Source: a virus | Taxonomy: Duplodnaviria; Caudoviricetes | Strand: one strand, 5' to 3' | DNA: 64,000 nucleotides | Virus record (IMG/VR): IMGVR_UViG_3300035208_002115 | Shown: positions 19,706-30,168 of the stretch, piece after piece | How positions within the stretch are numbered: the stretch's first letter is position 1 | Layout: each line of letters starts with the position of its first letter | Notes under the pieces: model-generated | What the model saw: only the letters and a program-made list of their open reading frames with translations | Told to the model about the DNA's origin: nothing | Databases searched by the model: none | Made by a program: the position numbers and the translations under genes

Positions 19706-19715
19706 AAAATAACAA

Positions 19716-20207
19716 TTGGTTATAAAATTAATACAAAAAATGAAAGAATCGGTTATAAATATTGAAACAGTAATAACTGATGAAACAATCAAAGTTCATA
19801 CTGTATTATGCGCTGCCTTTTGTGGTACTGGTAAAACATACATTTGTGAAAAAACAGTTATTAATGCTGTTGAAATTGAATATTGGAAATATAAAGACGA
19901 AGGAAGACAAAAAGAATATGTTGAGGATATAAAAAAACACTTTGGTAAAGTTGATTATATTTTTATTGCTACTGACCCAGAAGGATTGAAACTTCTACAT
20001 GATGAAGGATTTGATATAACTATTATTTATCCTGAAAATGAATTAAGAAACGAATATCTCGACAGGTATATAGAAAGAGATAGTCCACATGATTTTATTG
20101 GAGTGTTTATGAAATATTGGAATCCTTGGATTAATGAACTAAAAGAACAAACATACTGTAAACATATTATTCTAAAAAGTGGTCAACACTTATGTGATGT
20201 TCTTTAA
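19716..20207 (+). CDS. P-loop NTPase/kinase-like protein
   Basis: Walker A-like AAFCGTGKT; YP......EYLDRYIER. Confidence 0.65.
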   Translation: MVIKLIQKMKESVINIETVITDETIKVHTVLCAAFCGTGKTYICEKTVINAVEIEYWKYKDEGRQKEYVEDIKKHFGKVDYIFIATDPEGLKLLHDEGFDITIIYPENELRNEYLDRYIERDSPHDFIGVFMKYWNPWINELKEQTYCKHIILKSGQHLCDVL

Positions 20208-20382
20208 AAATAAAATAATTATTATGTTTAAAACCAGAGTTAAATTTCGTGTCAGAGGTAAAGATGTATTACAAATAGGATATCTAATTAAGGATAAATC
20301 ATACGGTGGTTTCAAGGTTAAATCTTCTGACAATCTGACTGAATATGGAATTTGCATACTTGATATATTAGAAAGAATATAA
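20179..20382 (+). CDS. hypothetical protein
   Basis: Small ORF; true start probably downstream (MFKTRVKF). Confidence 0.5.
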   Translation: MVNTYVMFFKNKIIIMFKTRVKFRVRGKDVLQIGYLIKDKSYGGFKVKSSDNLTEYGICILDILERI

Positions 20383-21260
20383 TGGGGGAAAAATACGACA
20401 AAATTCTACAAAAAAAGAATAACGAATTAATTTATTATATTTTAGATTGGGATGATAATGTATTATACATGCCTACTAAAGTATTACTTGACAAAAAAGT
20501 CAACAATGAATGGATACCCAGAGATGTTTCAACATTTAAATTCCGAAATATAAAAGACCATGTTGATGCATGGCAATATAAAGAATACGGTGATGATGAT
20601 ACTCTTTATAAATGGAGATTCAGGGACGATGATATTGACATGGCCTTATCATATTTCAGAGATTATGGAAAAAGAGGTAGTTTACAGTTTTTATATGATG
20701 TAAAAAATGCAATCAAGAAAAAAGGATTTGCACCATCTTGGAGCATATTTATAGAAACATTGATTAATGGTCGTATATTTTTAATTTGTACAGCACGAGG
20801 CCATGAACCAGATAGTATACGAAGTGGTGTAGAATACATAATATTTAATTTTCTATCTGAGATGCAGAAAGAAAAGATGTTAGAAAATTTAATGGAGTGG
20901 GAAGATACTGACTGTAATTGTTTTAAAACATTAGTAAAAAATTATTTAGACCACTGTCTATTCATCGGTGTACAATCTGAATATTTTAAAGAAAAATACT
21001 CAGTTGATGGAAGAAATATTAAAGTAGAAGAATCCAAAAAAATAGCTATTATAAGTTTCATAGAATATCTCACAAAAGAATATTTACCTATGTACAATAA
21101 TCCGAAAGCTAAAGTTGGATTTTCAGATGATACAATATCGACACTCCTTAATATAGAAAAATTAATGAGGAACGAATTGTCCCTCATTTACCCTTTAGAT
21201 TTTTATGTTATTGATACGTCCGACCCAATGGTCGATGGTGGTATTAAACGTAAAGTTTAA
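20382..21260 (+). CDS. HAD-superfamily phosphatase-like protein
   Basis: LDWDDN (motif I), CTARGH (II), K (III), GFSDD (IV). Confidence 0.75.
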   Translation: MGEKYDKILQKKNNELIYYILDWDDNVLYMPTKVLLDKKVNNEWIPRDVSTFKFRNIKDHVDAWQYKEYGDDDTLYKWRFRDDDIDMALSYFRDYGKRGSLQFLYDVKNAIKKKGFAPSWSIFIETLINGRIFLICTARGHEPDSIRSGVEYIIFNFLSEMQKEKMLENLMEWEDTDCNCFKTLVKNYLDHCLFIGVQSEYFKEKYSVDGRNIKVEESKKIAIISFIEYLTKEYLPMYNNPKAKVGFSDDTISTLLNIEKLMRNELSLIYPLDFYVIDTSDPMVDGGIKRKV

Positions 21261-21682
21261 TATTTTTCAGTTGCAACCAGAGCTTCTGATATTTCATGGA
21301 TATTTCCTTGGAATCCAGCTCGTTTATTATCTTCGGATGTGTTATCTAACTTATAATCTTCAATCCACAATTCATCAATACCTTCACCAGCATCCCACAC
21401 TTTATAATTTCTATCATTTATTTTAACAGTTGCATATGCACCTTGATAATTATCAAATCCCTCAACATTTATTAGTTCAAATGGAAATCCTTCAGGTAAA
21501 ATTTCTTTTAAATCTTCCATTTGGTCAGCCATATATTTGATACGACTGGTATATTCGTCTACATCATCGGGATTATCCTTAACATATTGCCAATCCAAAT
21601 CAGAAGGCCACTCACCAGTTTCATTTATTTTACCTGTTGTAACATTCTCGTTGAATTTATTGAATTCTTTTAAATATTTCAT
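21257..21682 (-). CDS. putative internal head protein (CTS-like leader)
   Basis: MKYLKEFNKFNEN; AATATATA at 21705-21712 (minus). Confidence 0.65.
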   Translation of the reverse strand: MKYLKEFNKFNENVTTGKINETGEWPSDLDWQYVKDNPDDVDEYTSRIKYMADQMEDLKEILPEGFPFELINVEGFDNYQGAYATVKINDRNYKVWDAGEGIDELWIEDYKLDNTSEDNKRAGFQGNIHEISEALVATEKY

Positions 21683-21713
21683 AATTAATTTTTTATTTTT
21701 AGTGTATATATTT

Positions 21714-22064
21714 TTAATTTTTAATCGGCATTTCCATTTTATTATTTTTAAGTCCTATTGATTTGTCAAATGCATCTCTTTGTTTTGACCATTCATGTTT
21801 ATCATATGGGGTTTTATATGGTAATAAATTTAAAGCTTCTTTTTCTTTGCCTTTAAGTTGAGATAACACAAAATCAACAATTTGTCTTTCATCTCTTTCA
21901 CCATTGTATGGTGATTCAATTAAACCATTTTTTTCTAATTTATCAATGGCACTTTTATTTAAAGACATAGCAGAAGTAGGTTCATCTCTTTTCCATAATA
22001 CATCTTCTATTTCTTTTCTTAAAAAATCTTCATTATAATTTTCAAAAGTTTTTATAAACTTCAT
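21714..22064 (-). CDS. putative internal head protein (CTS-like leader)
   Basis: MKFIKTFENYNED; AATATATA at 22091-22098 (minus). Confidence 0.65.
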   Translation of the reverse strand: MKFIKTFENYNEDFLRKEIEDVLWKRDEPTSAMSLNKSAIDKLEKNGLIESPYNGERDERQIVDFVLSQLKGKEKEALNLLPYKTPYDKHEWSKQRDAFDKSIGLKNNKMEMPIKN

Positions 22065-22424
22065 ATACCTACATTAATTTTTATATTAATTATATATTAA
22101 CATTTTAAAATGAATTTCTTATTAAAAAATTATTCAAAAAAAAATCATTTATAATTCAACAAAATTGTTAAATTATAAATGATTCTTCTATTAATTAAAC
22201 TATTACAATATATCCAGATGGATATAATTATCATATTGAAACGCTTATACTAACTAAATTTAAACAAACGCTTGTTTCTTTTCACTTAAAATTAAGTGAT
22301 ACTTTTTTATAAAGTTTTCCTTAAACGTTTTTTCTTCAATAGTTTTATCAATACTCTTTTCTGAATCAATTTTAGATTTCTCTGTTGAGCTGTCTAATAA
22401 CATCGTTGTTCAAAAAATTATTTT

Positions 22425-22742
22425 TTACTTCTTTTTAGCAAGAATAGCTTTTAACTTTTCCATAAAATTCGAAAAATTAGTATCTAATTCTCCAGCATCT
22501 TTACTTATATCAGCAAGTAATTCTTTCACCATTGGTGTTAATTCTTCAATTTTAGCAAGAATAGCAGCCTTTTCGGTTTCATCTAATTTTTTATCTGATA
22601 ACGCATCTAAGATTACTTTAGAGAATTCTTTGAACTTTTGAGAGATGGCTTTAAATTTATTATAATACATAACTGCGCCAGCAAAACCGCCTAATAAAGC
22701 TATCCCAAAAACCACGATTAAAACAATTGTTAAAATTTCCAT
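22425..22742 (-). CDS. N-terminally anchored membrane protein
   Basis: One TM segment, then a helical region with basic end; AATATATA at 22763-22770. Confidence 0.65.
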   Translation of the reverse strand: MEILTIVLIVVFGIALLGGFAGAVMYYNKFKAISQKFKEFSKVILDALSDKKLDETEKAAILAKIEELTPMVKELLADISKDAGELDTNFSNFMEKLKAILAKKK

Positions 22743-22853
22743 ATTCTAATTTTATTTTTCTCTATATATTAAAATTTTAAGACCTATTTTTTCTTTTTTA
22801 TAAAAAAAGATGATTTTTTACCTAAAAAAACATAAAAAAATAATATATACCAG

Positions 22854-23381
22854 CTAAAGATATGGTACAAGATAGTTCACAAAGCTAAGTGAAACTAACG
22901 TTGTACCAAATTTCTTTTCAGGAATGAAACTATTAGATATCATATTTATATCTTTCATTTCAAAATCCTGAAATCCATTGATATATAATTCATTAAGACT
23001 TTTATGTAATAAATTTTCAATTTCTTCTACTTCATAATTACCATTATGTTCACACACTAATCCACCATATTTATGATTACCTTTATCATATAACCAGCCA
23101 TAAATTATTCCAGCACTTATTATATCTCCACTATTTCCAGTTGAAACCGCCATAATAGATTCTAAAACAGAACCAAAAATCATATTTGTTGGCTGTTTTA
23201 TTAATGTAGCTTCTTTTGGTAATATTGAAGAATAAGTCATAATATTAAATTTTTCAATATTGGCTTCTTTCAAAGCCAAGTGATATGACCCAGCATGAAC
23301 TGTTATATCACTTTCACCCGAACCCTTAGTGATAAAAAAATCCTTTGGTATTCGATTTCCAACAAGAAAGCTTTTATTCAT
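22854..23381 (-). CDS. pyruvoyl-dependent arginine decarboxylase
   Basis: IPKDFFITKGSGES, SYHLAL.EA.I.KFNIMTYSSILP (Ser-Ser self-cleavage site), GGLVCEH. Confidence 0.85.
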   Translation of the reverse strand: MNKSFLVGNRIPKDFFITKGSGESDITVHAGSYHLALKEANIEKFNIMTYSSILPKEATLIKQPTNMIFGSVLESIMAVSTGNSGDIISAGIIYGWLYDKGNHKYGGLVCEHNGNYEVEEIENLLHKSLNELYINGFQDFEMKDINMISNSFIPEKKFGTTLVSLSFVNYLVPYL

Positions 23382-23454
23382 TATTTTAATATTGTTTATT
23401 TTTTGTTAAAAAAGGTATATATTAATTATTGTATCATTTTTTTACTTAATCTGG

Positions 23455-24141
23455 TTAGTTTTTTAAATTAATTCGACCTTCTGGAAAATTACTAAGTATA
23501 TTATATTTTTTTAAAATATCCCGACCATATTTTTTTAAATATCCACACTTAACCACTTCAAAATACCATTTTACTGATTTTAATAATGTGAATATTCTTG
23601 GTTCGAGTGTTCTTATTCTATTTGTAGCATTTATTTCATTAGACCAAGGATTTTCACCTTTACACATACATTTTTTGTAAAATTCACGTTTCCAGAAGCC
23701 CGGGTGATGACTAACCAAAAACCTACTTCTTGTATTATCCAACTGAATATAATTTTCTCCTTCCACATTTGATGTTACACAATAGAACGTATTATGATTT
23801 CTTAGTAATCTTAATGCATCAAAATCATATTTTACAAAATCATAGTAATAACTTTGAATATCTATGGGTTTAATCATCCATATATCTTCTTGAAGATATA
23901 GTAAATTGTTTTCTTTTATTTTATCCAATATAAATAACAACCTGTCCGAAAATTCGTTCTCACCAGTCTTTAACTGTATTATTTTTTCATGTTTAAATGG
24001 TAAATCAATAACCTCGTTACAAAAATATATTTTATATGGTAAATTAAAATCCCAAAATTCATTAAAACTGTGATACCAACCTTCCCAAAACAATTCATAT
24101 TTATCACAAGTTTGAATAACTATCGCTAAATCTTCATCCAT
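23455..24141 (-). CDS. glycosyltransferase-like protein (GT-A fold)
   Basis: IVIQTCDKY...W, FSDRL, LYLQEDIW, PWSNE. Confidence 0.6.
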   Translation of the reverse strand: MDEDLAIVIQTCDKYELFWEGWYHSFNEFWDFNLPYKIYFCNEVIDLPFKHEKIIQLKTGENEFSDRLLFILDKIKENNLLYLQEDIWMIKPIDIQSYYYDFVKYDFDALRLLRNHNTFYCVTSNVEGENYIQLDNTRSRFLVSHHPGFWKREFYKKCMCKGENPWSNEINATNRIRTLEPRIFTLLKSVKWYFEVVKCGYLKKYGRDILKKYNILSNFPEGRINLKN

Positions 24142-24195
24142 ATTTAATTTTTTATTTTTTTTGTTATATATTTCAATTTCTGCATTCCTGAAATT

Positions 24196-24203
24196 AATAT
24201 ATA
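24196..24203 (+). promoter_or_regulatory. putative late promoter AATATATA
   Basis: 23 nt upstream of 24227. Confidence 0.45.
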
Positions 24204-24226
24204 AATAAAAATATTATTAGAAAAGT

Positions 24227-25642
24227 ATGTCTAATTTTTCATCAAAGTATTTAAATGACTTCAATATACTTAAAAATGCTTTTATAGGATTTGAATTTGA
24301 ATTTTTTACCAAAGATAATATATCTTATTATAAATTATTAGAAAAATTAAACAATTCATTCAGAGAATTAAACATACAAGTTCAAGGGTTCAGAAAATAC
24401 CACCCAGAAACAAAACCTACTAATAATAATTATTTAATAACACCAGACTTCTCAGGTGGTAGTTCAATGGTTGAATTTATCACAAGTAAAATAAAATATA
24501 GTTTTGCCAGAATTGTTTTATTAAAATCTTTAGAATTTATTAGAGAAAATGGTTATACTAATGAAAAGTGTTCATTACATATAAATATTTCATTTGACGA
24601 TAACCCAGATGGAAAAACCATTGATAAAGTGAATAGACTAAAATTAATACTTAATGTTGATGAAGAACTCATTTATAAATATTTTCCAGAAAGAAAAGAT
24701 AACTATTACGCCAAATCAATTAAAAGAATTATACCATTCAAACAGTTTAATTATGCAACTGACGGCTTGAATATCTTACAATCGAGTTTAGAATTACCAG
24801 ACAATGATAGATATTACGGTATTAATTTTATGGTTCTTTCTGATGGAAGATTAGAATATAGGTATATTGGTCATAATGATTATGAAAAAAAAACAAATGA
24901 GATATTACAGTTAATGGATTATTTCATAGTATTAACATGGAATTGTATAAATGAACCTCTTACTGATGATGATTTAGATGAATTGGAAGAATATTTAGGT
25001 AAAAATATAAATGTTTATAAAAATTTCAATAGTTTGGATAATTTCATAGGTAGTTTTCCAACTATAAATTTAGAAGTTGATAGAAGCTCATCTATGACTA
25101 CAATAACTGTTCATTATGGTGACATTTATAACGAATTATACGACTTAATATCAAATACTTTCAATTTGAATAATTGTACAATAAATTATAACACAGACAC
25201 AAAAGAATTAGAGTTGGTCGATTCGACTATGACTGGTATTTTTGATATCAGTAACTGGACTATCATAGACAGTACAATAAATGGCGGTGTTTTTGACCAC
25301 TGTAAATTTATAAATTGTACCATTAATAATTCTATGATTAAGAATTCAGAAATATGTATAACAGATGTATTTAATTGTAAAGTGAGTACTTCTACTGCTG
25401 ATAGTGAAACTCTAATATCAATGTCATTTTTTTATGGTGGTATTATGAACGGTGAAATGCCAGATGGCATCCTTAGAATGTCTAAAGTTGGTGAAACTGG
25501 AGTAATTGGAGATGAAGTTAAAGTCGTAAGTGATAATGATGACTTCTTTGGTATTACAAGTCAAAACAACTATGATGAAAAAGATAAGGGGGCTAAAAAA
25601 GGTATATTAATAGATACTACCAAAAAAGGTAAAACATGGTAA
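24227..25642 (+). CDS. putative amidoligase (COOH-NH2 ligase family) with C-terminal beta-repeat region
   Basis: IGFEFEF, D.S....EFIT, TNEKCSLHINISF, RYYGINF, RLEYR; C-terminal 5-residue periodicity (IDSTI, INCTI, KNSEI, FNCKV). Confidence 0.7.
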   Translation: MSNFSSKYLNDFNILKNAFIGFEFEFFTKDNISYYKLLEKLNNSFRELNIQVQGFRKYHPETKPTNNNYLITPDFSGGSSMVEFITSKIKYSFARIVLLKSLEFIRENGYTNEKCSLHINISFDDNPDGKTIDKVNRLKLILNVDEELIYKYFPERKDNYYAKSIKRIIPFKQFNYATDGLNILQSSLELPDNDRYYGINFMVLSDGRLEYRYIGHNDYEKKTNEILQLMDYFIVLTWNCINEPLTDDDLDELEEYLGKNINVYKNFNSLDNFIGSFPTINLEVDRSSSMTTITVHYGDIYNELYDLISNTFNLNNCTINYNTDTKELELVDSTMTGIFDISNWTIIDSTINGGVFDHCKFINCTINNSMIKNSEICITDVFNCKVSTSTADSETLISMSFFYGGIMNGEMPDGILRMSKVGETGVIGDEVKVVSDNDDFFGITSQNNYDEKDKGAKKGILIDTTKKGKTW

Positions 25643-25756
25643 TCCTTTAAATAAGCACAATACAAAAAAATAATTGAAAAAAATATTCTTTTTTCTTGTA
25701 TTATTATAAATCTTTTACATAATTTTACATAAAACAATTTAAAAATAGGCGATTAC

Positions 25757-26152
25757 ATGAAACAACTACTTTTTACCATCCTTTTTTTGGGGTTAACATT
25801 AACTACATTTGGACAGCAATTATTAAACAGTTCTACGAAACAAACAGAAGAATATGCTTACTTAACTATTGAAAGCGAGACAATTATAGTGTCTGGTGAT
25901 GCAGAAAACACACAGTCTAAAACATCCGATATCATATTTAAAGTATATATCACCAATGGCGTTAATACAGAATTTATTACAATAAATAAAAAATTTAATA
26001 GTGAACTTTATTATATAAATCAACTTGCTAAGTTAGGTTGGTTATATGTAGAAAATGTAAATAGGATACAGTTAGAAGAAAGTATAACCTTTGCCACTAC
26101 GGATAAATATACAATTTGTAAAACCTTTTTGTTCAAAAGACACACTGATTAA
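25757..26152 (+). CDS. secreted protein with signal peptide
   Basis: MKQLLFTILFLGLTLTTFG-Q, a Bacteroidota-style signal peptide followed by Gln. Confidence 0.7.
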   Translation: MKQLLFTILFLGLTLTTFGQQLLNSSTKQTEEYAYLTIESETIIVSGDAENTQSKTSDIIFKVYITNGVNTEFITINKKFNSELYYINQLAKLGWLYVENVNRIQLEESITFATTDKYTICKTFLFKRHTD

Positions 26153-26180
26153 ATTCACCTTTAGCATCTATACATAATTT

Positions 26181-26220
26181 AAAAGTGAAAATTCGAAAGG
26201 ATTTTCACTTTTTCTTTTTT
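26181..26220 (+). terminator. intrinsic terminator
   Basis: AAAGTGAAAATTC-GAAA-GGATTTTCACTTT stem plus T run. Confidence 0.75.
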
Positions 26221-26247
26221 ATATATAATAAAAAATAATTTTTATAT

Positions 26248-26859
26248 ATGTTAATTAAGAATTTCAATTCATTCATAGTTAATGAAAGTGCTGAATCTGT
26301 CGTTGAGTTTCTAACAAAAGTTAGAGAAGACTTAGATATAATGGGCGAAGTTAAACCTATTCTAAATTCATCTTTCGAACGTCTTAGTAGTAAGAAAATT
26401 AATACAGTCGATGATTTCAGAGAAGCAATGGAAGATGCAACGGGGGCTGATGCAACTAATTTAAGTGGTTTCGACCTTGATAAGCAACTTGACCTGTGTA
26501 TATATGCAGAAGAAGAAGAAGATGGTAATGATAAAGGATGTCCAGCTTGTTCTTTTGATGATTTAGCTGGTATAATAAATGATAATGCTGTAAATGGTTT
26601 GAATTATATAGTAAATAGTTATTTACATCCACTTTTAGATAGAATTGAATCTTTCATGAATAATAATAATTTATCATATAGTAATATTCATCGTTTTGAA
26701 CAATATGATATGTTAGCACCATTATCACAAAAAACAATAGTAAATGGTTCTTATTCAATATATCAAGAAGCTAAAGAAGACCCCAAATTCGCAGAATATA
26801 ACTATATAGATGAAGAACTTGGGACTGAATTCTATATTACAAAAATGAATATTAAATAA
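26248..26859 (+). CDS. putative internal head protein (CTS-like leader)
   Basis: MLIKNFNSFIVNES; acidic. Confidence 0.65.
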   Translation: MLIKNFNSFIVNESAESVVEFLTKVREDLDIMGEVKPILNSSFERLSSKKINTVDDFREAMEDATGADATNLSGFDLDKQLDLCIYAEEEEDGNDKGCPACSFDDLAGIINDNAVNGLNYIVNSYLHPLLDRIESFMNNNNLSYSNIHRFEQYDMLAPLSQKTIVNGSYSIYQEAKEDPKFAEYNYIDEELGTEFYITKMNIK

Positions 26860-27479
26860 TGTCAATAAAATCGTATAATTATTTTCTGACCAATGATAAT
26901 AAATCAATTATAGAAAATTATAATAAATTAATATCAGAGGGTGTAGAAGTTGATGATGCTTTATTAGAAACTGCCCAGAAATTTAATAAAGATAAAAAGT
27001 CTATCAATAAAATCGTTATTGGTGTATTATACGAAAACACATATGCGAAGAAATTTGAAGATTATATAGGTAGTACTCCACACATTAATAGAGAAGATAT
27101 AGGTTTAAAACCTGAAGGTGGGGAAGAAAATGAGGAAGAAGAAACACAAACATCTACTGATAAACAAGACCAAGATATTATACACTTCGGAGAATATAGA
27201 AAAGGGTCTGATAAATGGGGTTCAATGATAACTAAGATTATGGAATGGTTACGCCTTAAAAAAGATGAAATGAAAAAAGAGTTGGATAATATTCAAATAA
27301 ATGTTGATGATTTTCAAAGTGAAACAAATATACCATTAACTGAACTTGAAGATTTCGTTAAAGATAAAATTTCAAAAGGTTTATATAATTTTGAAATAGT
27401 CATTGATTATGATAATAACTCAATTAAGTTTTATAACTTATCTGATAGAAACACATTACAAATTGAACAAAATAAGTAA
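26859..27479 (+). CDS. putative internal head protein (CTS-like leader)
   Basis: MSIKSYNYFL...IENYNKLISEG; acidic. Confidence 0.6.
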   Translation: MSIKSYNYFLTNDNKSIIENYNKLISEGVEVDDALLETAQKFNKDKKSINKIVIGVLYENTYAKKFEDYIGSTPHINREDIGLKPEGGEENEEEETQTSTDKQDQDIIHFGEYRKGSDKWGSMITKIMEWLRLKKDEMKKELDNIQINVDDFQSETNIPLTELEDFVKDKISKGLYNFEIVIDYDNNSIKFYNLSDRNTLQIEQNK

Positions 27480-27483
27480 AAAT

Positions 27484-27801
27484 ATGAAAAAACATATATC
27501 AACTTTTAATAATTTTTCAAATGAGTCTCTAACAAATATTGGGAACTTGAAAAATACAGTACAAGTATTCAATTGGATTGATATTGATGCGAATAATAAA
27601 TTAAGAGAACTTATATTAAATTTTTATAGGAGTGATTTAAATGGAAGTGATACTTATATAAGATATTACCCAAATGATAATGATTATGACTATATGAACC
27701 AAGAACTACAAACACTCTTAAATGAATATCTTATTAATGATGGATATTACATTGATAAAAATGATGAATACTTTTATATTCTATTAAGAATCGATTGGTA
27801 A
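27484..27801 (+). CDS. putative internal head protein (CTS-like leader)
   Basis: Likely start 27484: MKKHISTFNNFSNES. Confidence 0.65.
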   Translation: MKKHISTFNNFSNESLTNIGNLKNTVQVFNWIDIDANNKLRELILNFYRSDLNGSDTYIRYYPNDNDYDYMNQELQTLLNEYLINDGYYIDKNDEYFYILLRIDW

Positions 27802-27834
27802 ATAACCATATTTACATTTAATATTTTATTTTTT

Positions 27835-27842
27835 AATATATA
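27835..27842 (+). promoter_or_regulatory. putative late promoter AATATATA
   Basis: 25 nt upstream of the neck gene. Confidence 0.5.
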
Positions 27843-27867
27843 GAATTATAAAATAAAATCTTAAATT

Positions 27868-28623
27868 ATGGCAAGAATTCCATTGGAACAATTAATTGAT
27901 ATCGTTCAAGCTGATTTAACCTTTTCAGGTGCAATACCAAAAGTTCTTCCTGATAAAGAAGTAAAACGTGTAATAAAAGAACATTGTATAGAATATTTTT
28001 ATAAGAATTATCAATTTGCCTTATTAAAAACCTATTATAAGTTAAATAGAAGCTGTTTAACTCAACTTCAATGTACAGGTGAACAATTCATTCAATTACC
28101 AGAAGAAGTCGAAGGACTTGTTCGTATTATGAATATTGATGACCCATCATTGTTCCGAATTGGGATTCAAGCCCCAAACCTATCTATAAACTTTGGTGTA
28201 ACAAACCAACCGTTTTTAACATCATTTGTTACTAATGTTGGCGAGTTAGCTACATATCGTCAAATATTAAGTGCATTTTCAGATGAGGTGAATAAATTAG
28301 CAAGAAACTTCACAAAGTTCCATTATAACCACGTTAATAAAAGATTAACTATACTGGATGACCTTAGAAATGATTTAATGTTAGAACTGTGGGTGAGAAT
28401 TGAACAGGAAGCATTATTCGACAATCAATTATTTAAAGATTATGTTATTGCATCTTCACAAAAAAGAATGGGTGAATTATTAGGAAGATACACATTCAAC
28501 ATGCCAGGTTCGTTTCAATACAACGCTTCTGATATTATATCTAACGCTGATGCAAAAATAACAGAGATTAAGGAAAAAATAGATAAAGAATCTAAGGTTA
28601 CATGGTTCTACATGAGTAAATAA
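27868..28623 (+). CDS. neck/head-completion protein (T4 gp13-like)
   Basis: C-terminal FKDYVIA...MGELLGRY.FNMPG.FQYN...I...A pattern recalled from gp13-like adaptors. Confidence 0.65.
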   Translation: MARIPLEQLIDIVQADLTFSGAIPKVLPDKEVKRVIKEHCIEYFYKNYQFALLKTYYKLNRSCLTQLQCTGEQFIQLPEEVEGLVRIMNIDDPSLFRIGIQAPNLSINFGVTNQPFLTSFVTNVGELATYRQILSAFSDEVNKLARNFTKFHYNHVNKRLTILDDLRNDLMLELWVRIEQEALFDNQLFKDYVIASSQKRMGELLGRYTFNMPGSFQYNASDIISNADAKITEIKEKIDKESKVTWFYMSK

Positions 28624-28634
28624 TAAGATTAAAT

Positions 28635-29312
28635 ATGATTCTTAAATATAATAAATTCTTAAATGAATCCTTAGACTTTAAATTGAATAATCCTGAATTT
28701 TGGGAAGATTATAAAAATTTATTAAAAAAACTAAATAATCAAGATAACTTTTCATCTTACTGGGAATTTAAAGAAAAGTGGGTAGGTGTTGTATTAGAAG
28801 AAAAACAACTTGAAAATGCTTATAATAAATTATATGTTGATTTACACAATAAAAATATAATTCCTGTCGGAATAACATTCAGTGAAAATATTTACATGTA
28901 CGCATATGGATGGCGAGATATTACTAAATTCTTAAAAAAAGAATATAATATTAATATAGATGACCCCTTTGATTTTATTAAAAATAAATCAGTTAAAATC
29001 TTCAGAGGTGTACCAAAAACTCAATATGAAAATCTTGAATACTTATCTGAAAATAAATTTAAATCTTTTACATTAGACAAAGAATTGGCAATTCGATTTA
29101 CACAATTAGGTTATGTTAGTGGGAGCTGGAAAGATGAATCGCAAAAAAACGGGTTTATTATAGAAACAGATATAACATTAAATGATATTTATATATACAA
29201 CCCAGAAGGTCACGAACACGAATGTATAGTTCGAGGTGAGTTAAATTATAAAAAAATCCATATTGTTGAAAATGGCAAAATTACAGAAGTTGCAAAAATT
29301 ACAGAATTATAA
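28635..29312 (+). CDS. CTS-leader protein with ADP-ribosyltransferase-like domain (R-S-E type)
   Basis: MILKYNKFLNES; IFRGV...KSFTLDKELAIRF...HEHECIV. Confidence 0.65.
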   Translation: MILKYNKFLNESLDFKLNNPEFWEDYKNLLKKLNNQDNFSSYWEFKEKWVGVVLEEKQLENAYNKLYVDLHNKNIIPVGITFSENIYMYAYGWRDITKFLKKEYNINIDDPFDFIKNKSVKIFRGVPKTQYENLEYLSENKFKSFTLDKELAIRFTQLGYVSGSWKDESQKNGFIIETDITLNDIYIYNPEGHEHECIVRGELNYKKIHIVENGKITEVAKITEL

Positions 29313-30138
29313 AAGTTTTATTAATGAAGATTTAGGATTAATGGAACATGATGGCATATTAATTATAGTCGATGTTCAAAAAGAATTTGGTGATTACATC
29401 CCCGATGATATGGTTAAAGAATTGTTTGAATATTGTAAAGAATTTCATGATGTATATCAAATTTGGGATGCTCATGATGCTGCTACTCCGACTTTTAAAT
29501 TTCCCAATCAGAAGTTATCTATAAAAAAGCAATTCGGTAAAAAATTCTTAGAAAAAGATATTCAAAGTAAATTGGAAAAATTAAAAAATGGTAGTATTGA
29601 AGGTCAACAAATACAAATCGATTCGGATGACATTTTCGTTCGAGTTAAAAATAACCACGATTGGTTTTTTATAAACGAAGAATTATTAAAACTATTTAAT
29701 GAATTAAAAGGTAAAAAGGTTATAATGGTAGGTGGTGCTGACTTTGAATGTTTAAAAGATGTGTTTATTGCATGTAAATCTATGGGTGTTAAGGCCATGT
29801 TAAATCATAAATATATTTACAGTGCCGAAACTAAAAAGGAAGAAATATCCGAAAGTGTTGTATTTAAAGTTAACAATAACACTCCTGAAATTTTTCAAAG
29901 AACCATTTATAGATTACCAACTACAAAAGAATTAGAAAATGTAAATAAATTCAAGTTATCAGAAGAAAAAATTTTAAATGGATTTGTTTATACCATTATT
30001 GGTAGAGGTATTAAAGATTCTAAAAATAAACAAATAATAATAGAATCCATATCAATATTATGTGAATTATATCCAGATAATGAAACATATAAAAAAGCAC
30101 TCATTTTAGCTAAAAATCTGTCATTAAAAAGATTTTAA
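29272..30138 (+). CDS. CTS-leader protein with isochorismatase/nicotinamidase-like cysteine hydrolase domain
   Basis: LQNYKSFINED; LIIVDVQKEF, WDAHD, K, VIMVGGADFECL. Confidence 0.65.
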   Translation: MAKLQKLQKLQNYKSFINEDLGLMEHDGILIIVDVQKEFGDYIPDDMVKELFEYCKEFHDVYQIWDAHDAATPTFKFPNQKLSIKKQFGKKFLEKDIQSKLEKLKNGSIEGQQIQIDSDDIFVRVKNNHDWFFINEELLKLFNELKGKKVIMVGGADFECLKDVFIACKSMGVKAMLNHKYIYSAETKKEEISESVVFKVNNNTPEIFQRTIYRLPTTKELENVNKFKLSEEKILNGFVYTIIGRGIKDSKNKQIIIESISILCELYPDNETYKKALILAKNLSLKRF

Positions 30139-30168
30139 AAATTAATATATAAAAATAAAAACATCAAT

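Noticed and set aside
22065-22424. 360 nt gap; a minus-strand frame looks protein-like if TAA/TAG are read through
   Set aside because: Many stops, and the absence of TGA over about 100 codons is unremarkable at this GC; at most a decayed gene or a 31 aa ORF
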